From NCBI GenBank assembly GCA_051362555.1, contig CM120643.1:25734848-25798847 (forward strand): 64,000 nt of DNA, written 5' to 3'. The position numbers and the translations under genes were made by a program. Source of the DNA: Lingula anatina. Taxonomy: Eukaryota > Animalia > Brachiopoda. Positions 24,141 through 37,501 of this stretch are shown piece after piece. The notes beneath the pieces were generated by a model. The model was not told the DNA's origin and ran no database searches. It was given only the letters and a program-made list of their open reading frames with translations. Each line of letters starts with the position of its first letter. Within the stretch, counting starts at the first letter, position 1.

Positions 24141-24495
24141 GAGAGAGAGAGAGAGAGAGAGAGAAAGATGGAAGAGATGGGAGGAGGGAAAGAGAAAGTG
24201 TGAAAGATAGGAAGAAAGAGAGATGAAGACAGACATTGAGAGAGAAAGGAAGGAGAAGAAGAAATAGACAGAGAAAGAGGAACAGACACACACACACACA
24301 TACACACACACACACACAGAAAAAGAGAGGTGAAGAAAGAGAGGAGAGAAAAAGAGATAAAGAGAGAGGTAATAATGAAAGAGAAAAGAGAGAGAGAGAG
24401 GGGGAGGGGAACTAACATGGGAATAAAACTAATATGGGAAAATAACAGACAGACAGACAGACAGACAGACTGACAGAAGTAGGAGGGGGAGGGGG
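24141..24495. repeat. Purine-rich (GA)n / (CA)n / (GACA)n low-complexity tract
   Basis: Compound microsatellite sequence. Confidence 0.9.
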
Positions 24496-25218
24496 AGAAC
24501 ACAGCTGGTGCAGTTGGTTGTATCTAGTACTCCTTACTGTAGGTTTCTTTACAAAACTTCCCATAGCTGGTGATAAGAACAGCTGCCACACACAATACAA
24601 TACAATAGCAACTGAATGAACTGATGGTTATGATACTTATACAATAACAACCAAGGGGGCCCACCCAACACCCTGTCATATTGTATGAAAACAGAATAAT
24701 TCATCGTCATCTTTACATTATGTAACCAGTTCACTTAACATGTAACAGGTCTCAGAGAAGGAAATTTGGTGACAGCCTGTTTGAAAAGACTGACACAGCC
24801 CATGTTCTTTACATCCTCTCTCACTTCCTCCACTGTGACAGACATTCGTCACAGCAGAAATCATTACATCATATATTTCTATAAGTAAACCAGATTTGGT
24901 CCCAGATACTATTTCCACTTGGAACCGATTTTATTTGGCAGTTGGTAAATTTCAAAGCCAGGAACTGTGGACCATTAAATCCCATAGCGTGCCTCGTATA
25001 ACCCAGTATTATACAGTGATGCCTGCTGTCATTTCTCCAGTGCACTTTGTAAAATAATACTTAGTGAAATAATATGAATAATTTGAGTTTGAACAATCAG
25101 AAACATATCAAGTTATGTCGTGCTGTGCTTGGTATGCACAGCCACTTCAAATACAGATCTCTAAAACTCTGATTTAAAATTTTTGAAAATATGAAAACCT
25201 TAATGTAAAAGAGACCCC

Positions 25219-25223
<5 letters not shown>

Positions 25224-25272
<49 letters not shown>
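25224..25272. repeat. Poly(A) tract of about 49 nt
   Basis: Uninterrupted A run. Confidence 0.9.
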
Positions 25273-25274
<2 letters not shown>

Positions 25275-26003
25275 GCAAACAAATATTTTGTTACAAGGAA
25301 CAAAAATCATGACATAAATGATTCACAAGAAAACTATGAATAAAAACACGAAGGAAAAGGCAGGAGAAACCAACGGAAAACATGCATCAACTATATGAAC
25401 AACAAACATTGAGTTTTCAGTTCATTGCCACTGTTTATATAGTATTAGCAAACTTTACATTTCTGCACGAAGGGCATGCGACGGGCCTTTCTTGGGGTGA
25501 AGGGACCATCATCGCGGCTCAAAGCAGATTATCACAGCTCTCTCAAAGGAAAAATTGAGAGGTTCTGAGTAGGATTAGAGTAATAGTGGTTTAATTGACC
25601 TTGTATGTACAGAGGAATTACGATTTCCTTTGAGTTGTTATGCTTATTTGAAGAATAGCTGATTCAGGTTACAGCAGCCAGTGAGTGCAGAGGAAAAAAA
25701 AGGGGCGAGAGATTTTGGTATGTTTTGGTGAGGATCGGTGTCACTGCCCCTAGTTGTAAGGATACTCGCTGCAGGGTGGCACCATTGTCTGGAAGTAATG
25801 GGAAGAAAAATCACCCCATATCCAGTACTAGGATGTAGTTTTTGTTACACTAACTTCTTTTCTGTAAGGGATTGTTCTGAGAAGTGTCTGCTATGACTGT
25901 TCTTGTAAACTAGTTTGTTATTGTGCATGCATGCGTCATGAAGTGTGTGTGTGTGTGCGTGCGTGCGTGCATGCGTGTGTGTGTGTGTGTGTGTGTGGTT
26001 GCT

Positions 26004-26172
26004 CAGGCCCGTAGCCAGGGGGGGGTTCGGGGGGTTCGAAGGAACCGCCCCTTTTGCTGAGAAAAGGTCCACTCTGGGTAAATTTTGGTCTAGGTACATA
26101 AAGTTTTTATGGGAAAAGGTCCACTTTTTCAGAAAAAGAACCCCCCTTTTGAAGTTGCTGGCTACGGGCCTG
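26004..26172. mobile_element. 169-bp MITE with 15-bp perfect TIR and 5-bp TSD (hAT5-like)
   Basis: ttgct|CAGGCCCGTAGCCAG...CTGGCTACGGGCCTG|ttgct. Confidence 0.9.
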
Positions 26173-29100
26173 TTGCTTATATATGCAAGTGCAAATCTGC
26201 GTGTGCTTGCATGTGTGTTGCGTGCATGCGTATGTCTGTACACTATAGTATGCCCTTGGTACGCGTTAACCAACCCTAATACATGTGCATGCGTGCTCTT
26301 TCCCATCCCTCAGTCAATAGTGTATTTTTTCACACAATGACAAAATGACCTGGCCACCCTCATCTCAGGGTGAAAAAAAGTGAAATCTAAGACAAAAATA
26401 ACTATAGGTTTAATGTGATTGCCTACACGAGAGGCTTAAGTTAAGCCACACAGCAAAGTTAACATCAGGTAAAGGATGGTCAAGTTATCACCCAGTACGT
26501 GAATACGTCTTCACCGCATGTATCAACAGCACTCGGCAAACATCACTGATACACACACAAATGATGGTAAGAGGGATAAAGTGGAAATATTCAAAGACGC
26601 CAGGATTCCTCGGTCAGCCCTACAAAACCAATGTACAAACATATCCCGGGATCTCTGGCTACATCCTTCAGCCACTTGCGCAGGATCAAAGAAACACTCT
26701 TCGTAAAACCTATTGTGATCAATCTATTGGCTTTCTTCTTACAGAGCCTACATTTCCGTAAAAGCACTTGAACTGAAATGTACACCTACAACTTGTTCTG
26801 CTGGAAATTCTGAGAACTTTTTCATATGACTGAATTTGCTGCAAATAAACACATCTGGCTGTCATTATGTAAAGGGAATTTTTACATTTTGCTATATATT
26901 TTCAAATTATCCTATTTCAAGACCCCATATAATATATGTCACATAACATATATATTTATTACCAAGTGAGTTAAGAAAAAGGATAAATAATTGGAAAGAA
27001 CATAGTTTCCAAGCCCTTTGAATCAGGTACAGGATAATAACTTGAAAGAGAACTGATGATTTATCCCAGGCCTGAGTGTATACTTCCCAGCAGAAAATCC
27101 CATACAATAAACACATCCCTTCCCTTGTTCACCACAAAACAAAGAAGCACACAAAAGTCACCTGTTTGCCGTATTAACACCCCTTTGATGGCATTATGTT
27201 CTCCAGTTCTCATTTCATAACAAAAATGGCATCAATAAAAATATGAAACCCTATGCAAAACGGGGCTCAGTTTGAAGGGCATTCTTATGCCATTTCCTCC
27301 TCCTTGCTTTCCCACTCTTTAAGATATTTTTGTTTGTATTGATATCATAACCCCTCGACACTCTGAACTATTCTGATGAACACGCCCAAACGCACTTCAC
27401 AGTGTGCCGATGCCCGTGGGGGTTCTAACAGGCAAGATTTGCGGCCCAATTTACTTCCATTTGGTTTGTATTCCGGTCCACAAGTCGCTAATAATGACAT
27501 CATCAAAGTTTGTCCAACAGAGGGCTTGGTAAAGAGAAAGGCTGAATGCTGCAATAGAGACCTGCCTTCAAAAGAGGTCTCCGTACCTCAATGTCTCCCC
27601 ACACACCTGTGACACTTACTGAAGCTTACCCCCATCTTGCAAAAGTTCAGTTAAGTGCATTTTGGACCCATTCAATGTATACATGTGTGTAGTATATCAC
27701 TGCATATAAGGGTGCATCAAGCCCAGTGTTTTTTAAAAATCATCAAAACTAAGCACCCATAGACCTACAGCAAAACCAACACTCCTATAACATAGAAACA
27801 ACTCAAGATATAATTGGCACTATGATCAATATCTAACACCTTTATTGCACCCTGAACAAATAGATTACTTATCAAAAACAGCATGCTCCAGAAGAAGACA
27901 AAAACAGGTCCTTGTTTTCAAGATTTCTTTTCATTTTTAAAACACACACATGTTTACTCCATCAATGGTTTTCACAATTTATTTTTTTTTGGCTGATGTC
28001 ACGAATACCACAATTTCACTATCCAATATCTCCATTGGCTGAGAGAGCCTGGTTCACTTGGCTAACTTTCATCTGACACTTCATTGTACTTTACTGTAAT
28101 CTAATGGTAAAAACTGAAAGGGATTAGCCAATTTTTTTTTTGTTTGTCACAAATGGCGGCTTTTTACTCATGACACATTGCAAGTAACAACAAAGTGAAG
28201 CTGGTATGTCATTTAATACTGCCAACATTAACAATTACCACAAGTTCCATGGTGGAGGAAACACTAGGGTCTTCATACTGAGAACTGAACTTGATAAAGA
28301 GAGGAAACAATGTAACAAGTTTGGAAATAAAACCATGCCCCAGAGGTGTAAAATGACTACAGTTGAACAAAGCCAAGAGAACTGGAGTAGTTGGAAGACA
28401 ATTCACAAAGAGTTATCCATTATAATTGCTTTAACAAACCTTCACGAGTGTATGGTGTGAAGTATTAGATGCACATTCTAAATATAAAATAACATTCATA
28501 TTTACATTGACTAACTAGTAAAAATATCAATTGTGTTTAATTTATTTAGGCTGGAATATTATATGTCTCATAGTGCTTGAGTCTGGTATTGATTTTTCTT
28601 AAAAGTCACAAAAAAAGTAAATTACATATTAAGCAATCAAAAAATGCCATGCCCGATTTCAAAAGAAAAAGTACCATACAAGTATGTGTAAATATGATTG
28701 TCACAATAAACAATGCTCCTCATTAAGTATCCAGCCTCCAAAATTAATTGTCATGCACTACAATTATTTTCAAGCAAATATGTATCTATGACTCCAAATT
28801 CCAATCCCCATAAACAATTTTTTTTTATAATTAGTTAAGATTTCCCATTCATCTGTAAGGGCTTCAGATACACCTGTACCAGTCTGGCATGAACTTTTCC
28901 TGCTTAACAAACTTTCCAATCACACATGAAGGCTTGGCATGCAGCCCCCCCTTCCCCAATCAAAGGCTAGAACAAGAATGCATGTAATCCACAATGTCAG
29001 TCATGTCAATTCCCCAAATTAACCAGGCTTCCAGGTATTCCAAGCTTCCAATTATTCTCCAGTACACTTCCAAACCTGGCACATGCACCAGCACAGGTGA

Positions 29101-29563
29101 GACCTTATTAACAGAGGAGTTAAAAGGTGGTGTTAAGGGTCAGTGGATAATTATTAAACGATTCCATTATTCTTCATTTGTACTACCTGCCTTGTAAAGG
29201 CACCTAATAAGTGCAGTTTTCACTGAACTTGGACCCTGTGCTGACTCCACATATATTAGGACTGAATAGAAGCTGTGTTAAGTGGTGCAGTAATCTGCTT
29301 GGATACAGAGATACAGGCACACAGCTCATCTTCAGCAAAAGAAAAAAAGATGCAAAACTTTGTTCTAAGGTTAAGAAAATACTAATTAAAAGTGTATTTG
29401 CAACAGCTTTGCCTCTGCCTGTTTTGATAATGCATTGTTTTGTAGATATCAGTGGCTCATAAGAGAAATTAATTCACTGATACCGATATATATATATTTC
29501 AATTAGTAACCTCTTGCCATTAATTGAACAATTTTACTTGAATTTTTCCCCAAGATAACCAAC

Positions 29564-29569
29564 TCTCTC

Positions 29570-29656
<87 letters not shown>

Positions 29657-29685
29657 CATGCATACACACACGTACATACACACAT
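29564..29685. repeat. (CT)n(CA)n compound microsatellite
   Basis: Direct inspection. Confidence 0.95.
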
Positions 29686-32607
29686 GCTTCCAAACCTCCA
29701 CCTACCAGCCCAGACTTATTCCTGAGAACAGCAGGGTAGGAAATATATGACATAAGGCTACATGTGTCCTGCCAAAATATAGACACTGCCAAAATAAACT
29801 TGTACTAATACATACATCTCAGGTGTGTATGCTACTGATATCTACCAAATGAACTTTTTTTTTCAAAATTATCTTTAAAGGGGACACCAAAATAAATATT
29901 CAAAGTTCTAAACACAAATTTGAGAGATATGATGATTAGGAATTAAGGCATAATTTTGATTATAATTTTCAACCATTTGTGCCATTATAGTTATATGCCT
30001 GAACGGTATTTAGCAAACAAAACATTTAAAAATCATTCCTTTGCCACCCTCAAATTGTTCTCTACCCCATGAAGGTTATTTCTTGATTCACTTATATCAT
30101 TAAAAAGATATTTTGAAATAAAACTTTGCTGAACAAACTCAACATATGCTGCTTCTCATTCTCGTTAATCACCAGACGTACCTTTTTTGGCAGAAAGACG
30201 TAACTATTACAGAGTGACACATGTACATGTAACACACAGATGTGCATTCCACTGCTTCCGACACTTTCACATATTTTCTGCTAAGTATGTGGTTTAAAAA
30301 CCCAAAATTACATGTCATGACAACCTTTGCATAATCCACAGCCTGTGCTGCTATTACATTTTGTTTATAAACACTGCAGAAGCAGACAGGCAGAAACCAG
30401 CTGTGAAAAATTTAGACTGTGCCTTACTGAGACTGAACATACATCCATCACCCTGAGTTCCTAAGGGTATTTACCATCTTTACTGAGTTTTTGGATACAT
30501 ATAGACATTATAAGTATAAACTGGTGTCACTGCTAACCCAGGGTGTAAAATAAGCTGTTCAGGTTGTGAGATGAAATATGTGCTAACATTGAAAAGGTTT
30601 TTGAGGTAATCAGTTGTATATGTGACTAATAATGTAACCATGTAAAAATAACATTGAGGTTAAAGCCATCATGATAGCCTATTTCAATAAAAAAAGGAGG
30701 GGGGAGGGTCCAAGCAAATGGAACTTGTGTTCATGGCTGGAAAAAGATCTTCATGTCCACCTCATCCTAAAAGTTCGATATAAAATTATCCCCAACTTAC
30801 TGTTGAAATGTTGATTGTGTTCACAGCAAAAATGCCAGAATTACATAAAGATAAAAAAAGTTCACATTTCTACAAAACATCTGCTACTGTCTGACAATGT
30901 GCAACACAGACTGATAAAAGCTCCATCTGATATGTATCATAAGTCCTCTAAAAATAATCTGAAATATCACATGTAGGAGATGCCCATCTGTTATTGTACA
31001 GTCTCTACTCATCTGTGTACATTCTGATAACCACTTTAAAATTGGCAAAATAAGATGTTGTTATATGTTTGTAAATGTTACTAAATAATTCATTTATCTT
31101 ATAACCAACAGAATATTTGATAAATACAGCAAAAGAAAAAGACAATCATCTCATCAAAAATAAACTGTCAACATTATCTGCCTTATCTTACTATCATTTT
31201 TTACTTCATTTTAGCAAAACTATCAATCAGAAGCCAATAAAACTCCAATACTGGGAAAAGACATAGGGCAAGCAAAAAGCTTATCATCTGTTGAAATGAA
31301 CTGATATATATCACCTGCTACAAGTTAGGATCTCATTCCAACACCATGAGCCAAAACTGAGGTAACACTACCACCCAAAGACTCTAAATGACTCAAAGGT
31401 CCTATAATTCAACAGTAATACTGCCTTAAAACAAAGTCATTAATTATCAACCGGTAAAATAATGATCACCTTACAGCACATATTAGCAATCAGCATTCTT
31501 TTAAGACAGCAACTGAAAAGTGCCACAAAAGTTAACTACTATTTTCATGTATGAAACAATTTTTCTTTTCAGCATACTTTTCAGTTAAAAAATGTTTAGC
31601 TAAAAAGAATTGATTTGCCTGTCAATCTACTTCCAAGGGTTCATAATCCAATGAACTGAAGAGATATGAAGTGTCAAGCATGCCAAGTCATCCTCGTTAA
31701 CCCTATGGACAGTATGCCTCACCAATGACACCGCGACGCCCCGAGTTGAGATCTAGTTGTGGTTCTGGGGCTTAATATTATGTGACTCAGCTCTGGCAAC
31801 CTAATCTAACCTTTCACACAGCAAAATTACTCTTTCATTAAACAATGTCCTCATAACTTTCAGTGACTTTAACAACTTCTTAACCCCTACTAGGCACAAG
31901 TTTGTTTGCAATTGTAATCGAGGGTGAAATTGGCCTACTGAGTCAAAAAAAAAAAAAGTTTCATCGAGGTAGCACTGAGCAGGATTAGAGGAGAGAAGTT
32001 CACATGGTTGCTTATATGAAAGCCTCTAAACTGGTCACAAGCTGGTCAAATGCACCAACATGGTATTTGGCAAGATTCTGTCATCTAGGCAGCTAATCTT
32101 TCAAAGCCAATACTGAGTTCACCCATTAAACACTAAAGAAGTAATTTCTTTTATAATTCACATGTATAAAGAATCTAGACCAAATTAACTGTAATACTCT
32201 GTAATCCTGTAGTCAATGTAATGGCAAAAAAAGTTAGTTAAGATCCTTATAGGGGTTAAAAACAGGCTTTGTTACAGATAAAGAGTACAAAATTAAAAGT
32301 AGAAGAAAGAAAAGTAGTAGAAGAAAAAAAAAACTAGAAAGGAGATAATCAGCTCGTTTGAAAAATTACTGCTGAAACTCCAATACGTTTTATTCCAAAA
32401 TTGTGCCTTGGGACTTTAATTTTATAATAGAATGCAACAGGAATGTGTTACAAGAGCTGTGAGCCAATATTTTTCTATGCCAAAGGTAAATCAAACCCAT
32501 GATGTGAACTGGCCATGAATCATAATGGCTAACATTGGAACTATCAAAATTTAAAGTTTGGACCTTTAAAAAAAAAAAAAAAAGAAAAATTAACCCCATG
32601 AATCTAC

Positions 32608-32692
32608 CTTGTATCGTATGGCTCCAGTGTGTGCTCTGCTGTAAGAACTTGGCCACTTCCACATGCGGGACCTCGAAACCAATGACGACATG
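32608..32692 (-). CDS. ADAMTS16/18: ADAMTS16/18-like, probable coding exon 2
   Basis: Strong acceptor (ttctttttttccttttag), HVVIGFEVPHVEVAKFLQQSTHWSHTIQ, donor G|gtagat. Phase 0 to 1 exactly bridges exon 1 and the prodomain exon. Confidence 0.7.
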
Positions 32693-33761
32693 CTAAAAGG
32701 AAAAAAAGAACAAAAGTTGCATCAGATACATTTCCAGTGGAAGACAAACCTACAAAAACATTTACAATGTATCAGGACTCCTCATCCCATCAAGCTGAAA
32801 GTTTAAATAAAGCCTAATTATCCATGTGCTAATTGAAAACTAAAACCCAGTGCAAAAACAAGACGAAATACTGTTATCAGCAGCAGTAAAAGAAACGACT
32901 AAAACAATGGCTATCTTGTATCAAGGCCCTTACAGCCAATCGCCAGATGCTTTAAAAGTCTGCTGATCAAGACTTATTGCAAAATTACGCCTATAAAAAG
33001 AATAGAAATATCGTATCAGGGTCCTACAGTCCACCCCTGAAGGAGCTCCTTGAGTGCGCCCCAAGCCAAGCTGTCACAATGAGTGTACTATGTATAGAAA
33101 TTTGCTAAAACTTCTTATATGGATGGGGTGCCTGCTCTGGTAACCCTGCGCCAAACTTACACTAAAAGCGACCAAATGTAATTTTCTTTTGTCCTATTCC
33201 ATTACTACATAGAAACAATGTGTGAAATTCACACTTTCCACTGTGGAGCTTTTTCTCACTCAGGCGGGATTTGTTCGCTAGGGTTGAAAGGCGTCTACAT
33301 TACAATTGCTGCTAGCAGCCAACAGAAAGCCTCCACTAAAGAGCTTGTTCAATGGAAGAGCTCTTGTAAAATTGTGCAATTTATAAATATTTGGAAAAAA
33401 CTACTTTTGATTTCAAAAACCTCCTTTTGCGAACATTAAACACTTCATGAAACAAATACAAGCTAAGCATTTTAAGTGTTCTTTTTCTCAGAACATCAAC
33501 CTTCAGCTGCTGGAAACAAAACACTTCATGATGGAAATTGTAAATAATTTTCAACTAATGCAATTCAAATGACATAAGGACCAATCAATGGCAATAGGCA
33601 TTTACCAACACAAAGTTTCAGAACTTTTGGTTAGAGAAATAAAAAAAAAAATAATTGTAACAACATTTGGTGTCTAAATTCTATCTCAGCAATATATATA
33701 TAGATATTGAAGTTGTTGAGATATCCAAAGACATCTTCTTCAGATAAGTTGTAATACTAAC

Positions 33762-33860
33762 ATTGAAACAGGTTTGCAAAAGCCAATAGATCCAGAAAAG
33801 CGTAAAACCAAATCTCCTGCATCTCTGCAGCACTCCAGGCAACCAAATCAGGGAGCTCAT
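33762..33860 (-). CDS. ADAMTS16/18: ADAMTS16/18-like, probable coding exon 1 (signal peptide)
   Basis: ATG at 33860 reads MSSLIWLPGVLQRCRRFGFTLFWIYWLLQTCFN (basic residues then a hydrophobic core) and ends at a GTTAGT donor in phase 0, matching the next exon. CCAAT and GC boxes lie ~530-600 bp upstream. Confidence 0.7.
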
Positions 33861-34384
33861 TTTATTTTCTTTTCAATTTTCTTTCCCTTGTCTTTTTCTT
33901 CTATGTCAATTTCTTCAAAGAAGAAGTCCAGCCATTTGAGACAACAGAACTGATCAAGGCAAAACAAATAATAAAGTTGCCATAGAAAGTTGCAACACTC
34001 AAAGTCTGATATCCATATTTTAGAGGGTGATCCTGCTCTGCTCAGTTTCAAGGATGCCACAAAGATTCTCGTATCAGCTTACAAAAATAAGCAAATAATG
34101 ATAAAAATTGTCTTCAGACAACATCCATGATCAGCAAAATAAATCAAGCCTTTTAATATCTTATTCTTCTCTTATCCGTCAGCTCTTGCAGTACTGATGC
34201 TTGCAAAATTTCCAATATTTGGAGAGTAACTTTTTCTCTTCTGCTTGTTCTCTCACAGACACTAGTTGGCTGCCCACAGTGTAGATATCCACACACACCA
34301 CTCACTCCAACCATTCAATGAATGAACACATTTGTTAAAGCAGAGGTGGTCTAGTGTGCATTTTGAGAAGACCATGAAAAGAGA

Positions 34385-34470
34385 CTTGACCAATCAAAAC
34401 CTGCTGTCCACTTCACTGACCAATCACAAGAAAGGCATCAAATCTGGAGACCAAAGGGGTGGGGCCTGGC
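34385..34470 (-). promoter_or_regulatory. Candidate ADAMTS proximal promoter: two CCAAT boxes and a GC/GT box
   Basis: GACCAATCA with CCAAT at 34390 and 34420 (30-bp spacing) and GGGGTGGGGC at ~34456, upstream of the inferred start codon. Confidence 0.45.
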
Positions 34471-35109
34471 TGTCAATCACCTAGAGTATATAATACTACC
34501 TCTATTCAAAGACTCTTTTTATGTACTATTATTGGTAAACAAATTGCTTCCTCTGTAAAGAAACTCAGCACTCATTTTACTACACCCTGTAATACTGTCT
34601 CATGCTTTTACGCTCACATAGTATTCCACCTGCAATAACTAATCTTAGTATTCATTCACCTTCACAAAACCAGACTTATGCGCCTGTGTAGCATAAGAAC
34701 AAAAAATCTGTTATCAATTCAAATTAATTCACAATAGAGATAAATTGTAATCTAATGGGGATAAAATGAAAGAAATGTGGTTTTGTTCTTGTGCTGTTTC
34801 TTTTTACTCAGTAAAACCTCTGCTGTAATGTATACTGTGTGCAGTTACATGATATGATACATGTACAAAGTACATATATATATATATATATACATATAGT
34901 ACCTGTAGTGCTAATTCAACACTGTCTGATGTGCCTCTAGGCCTCTAACCAAAGCCAACCTCAACCAATTAGCCTTATTCATTAATTAAGGATAATAAGT
35001 TCACCCCTTTTAGCATCATCATAACACAGGCAATCTTTGGGTAATTCTACTTATGGTAGGGGCTTAGAGAATTCCTCTCATAAATGGAATAGAGTTAGTC
35101 AGTGGTGAA

Positions 35110-35110
<1 letters not shown>

Positions 35111-35145
<35 letters not shown>

Positions 35146-35252
35146 TTATGCATGGATACATGCACGTGTATATGCAGATGCATGCGTGCTAGTGTAACGT
35201 GTATGCACGCATGTGTGTGTGTGTGTGTTTGTGAAAGAGAGAGAGAGAGAGA
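35111..35252. repeat. (TG)n and (GA)n microsatellites
   Basis: Direct inspection. Confidence 0.9.
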
Positions 35253-37329
35253 GAAACAAAAGAAAACAAGCAAAAACAAAAAGAGGAAAATTAGATAAGT
35301 ATCAACCACTTATACAACAGACACTCTAATTGAACATCAACAAAACAGATCTCAAACCAATCCACCATAATCCCCATCCATGTTTCCACCCATCCAACAC
35401 ATGTGTACAGTTTATACAGCCCCAGACAAACTCGCCAGAACACTTGTACAGACATTACCTGCTGTTGTCTCCAGTAATTGGAAGAAACCAGTAAACTCAC
35501 CACAATCACTGCAATCCACTAGGAGAGCATGACATGGCAGCTAACTTGTCACAACTGAGCATCTCAAACAGACGTTTACTTGACCAACAGTTTGTCTGCA
35601 AAAACTGGGGATGACAGACATACAGACGGAGGAACAGGGGCGTTTTGAGCTACTCTGTTTTTTAAATCCTTTTTCAGATTAAGCCAGAAAAAGCGACAGA
35701 GAAAGGCTAAACTTATAGACTATGACACAAGAAAGGTTTTCTGTTTAAAAGTCTGTTTTTAAATTTGTTAGAAAAAGGGACAATTACAGGGCCTGTTATT
35801 GTTTCAACAGTAGCCAACTTAAAGCACATGCATTATGTATGATGGGTCCAAGTTAAGAGTTTAGTTAGTTATTTATTACTAAAACTTTTTGTCCACGCAA
35901 AGCAGGTACAATATATTACAGTGTGTATAAATTTAAATATTGTTCACTGACCAATGTGATCTCTCTCTCTCTTTTTTTAGAAAAAAATAAGCACGAGAAA
36001 AGTCTATGTCAATGTAAGCTGAGGATTTTCGTGACTGTTCATTCTTTGCTGTGACAGAGTTTGTAAGAATCCAAGCAAGGAATAATCTCATTTATTATCT
36101 CATCCACACTTCAGGACAATAGTCTGTAAAAAAAAAAAAAAAAAAAAAAAAAGAAAGAAAGGAAAAAAATAAAAAAATAAAAACAAAGGTTATTTGACTG
36201 CCTGGTCTCCCAAAATTAGTCAAACAAGGGAATATTACAGTCCAAACAGTGATTATCTAACCAACAATTTGTCCAGAGAAAGTAGCAGTGACAGCAAGAT
36301 GGCAAGGGTCAGTTTTTACATCTGGTACGCCTGGTCAACTGGTCAGCCATTAGTCTGGACAGCCGTTGGAAGAAACAAGAGGCTGAGACATAGTATGTTT
36401 AACTCAGCCAGGCATCTGACTTTATTTTCTCAATTTATTTCTCTCATTTCAGACTGTTATCAGTTCCACTGTTGATTGAATAATTAGCTTTTCCATTCTA
36501 ATCGGTCTCTTTCATCTTATTTTTCGTCTCAGCACAGACTAGGAGCCCTCTTATACCACTTTATTCTTGGCTACAAGACCCAGGCACAAGTTTACCGTTT
36601 GAAAATATTATCTAATCTTGTTCATATATATCAAATACACATTAAGTGTAAGCTTCATTAGATTGATTACAGAATAACAAGCTCTGGTTCTCGAGTTCAA
36701 ACCAAGCTGCAAGGGAATTTAAAATATGCTAGCGGTAGATTTATGTACTTGTAAATTATAACAATTAGCCTTGCACAGTACATGTAAATACCCTGAGCCA
36801 ACAGCATTTTCTAGAACAGCTGATAGATATGAAAATGGTGTCTTATTAATTAATATAATTTTTTTCTCTTCAACAAACAAAAAAAAACATGGCCAAAATG
36901 TAAAAAAATCACAAAGGGATTTATGGGAGGGGGGGACAGAGAGAGAGAAGAGGGACAAGCCTAGCCTAATGTTAGCATATCAAATTCTTGCCAAAGGCTA
37001 AAGATAATTTACAGTGGTTAAAGAAAATGAAAAAAATAATAACTAAAGCAAATTTCCATTAATTTGATGAAAAACTACAAGATGAGCTTTAGGATTTGTG
37101 ATTTAGTTTTCTCAACCAGACTGAGCAATTTCACCAAAGACTATTATTCACTATGTACTTACCTGATTGATTAATAAGATTATATTATCTTTCAAAGCAT
37201 ATAATGATTTTAAAGTGGAAACTTTTGCCCAATTAAGGTGCATTCACATTCAAGTTAGTCCGAACCTTCATGTTACATCAGTGCTTTGATTTCCTCAGAC
37301 CAAGATGGGCTTGCCATAGGCACCTGCTG

Positions 37330-37501
37330 CAGCTCCATATCCAGGGGGGTTGAGGGGGGAGGGGTTGAAAGTACCACTCCATTTGCTGGGAAAATGTCCC
37401 CTTTGGGTAAAATTTGATCTAGGTGCATGAAGTTTTTATGTGAAAAGGAGCACTTTTTCAGAAAAAGAACCCCCCTCTTGAAATTGATGGCTATGGGCCT
37501 G
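37330..37501. mobile_element. Older copy of the same CAG-ended MITE, 5-bp TSD
   Basis: tgctg|cagctccatatccag...gatggctatgggcctg|tgctg; interior aligns with 26004-26172 (cactttttcagaaaaagaacccccct). Confidence 0.85.

Noticed and set aside
25224-25272. Poly(A) tail of a retrocopy
   Set aside because: No target-site duplication, upstream ORF or clear polyadenylation signal.
33857-34060. 67-aa minus-strand ORF as the ADAMTS first exon
   Set aside because: It starts at GTG, is out of frame with the signal-peptide ATG, and stops in the overlapping ATGA.
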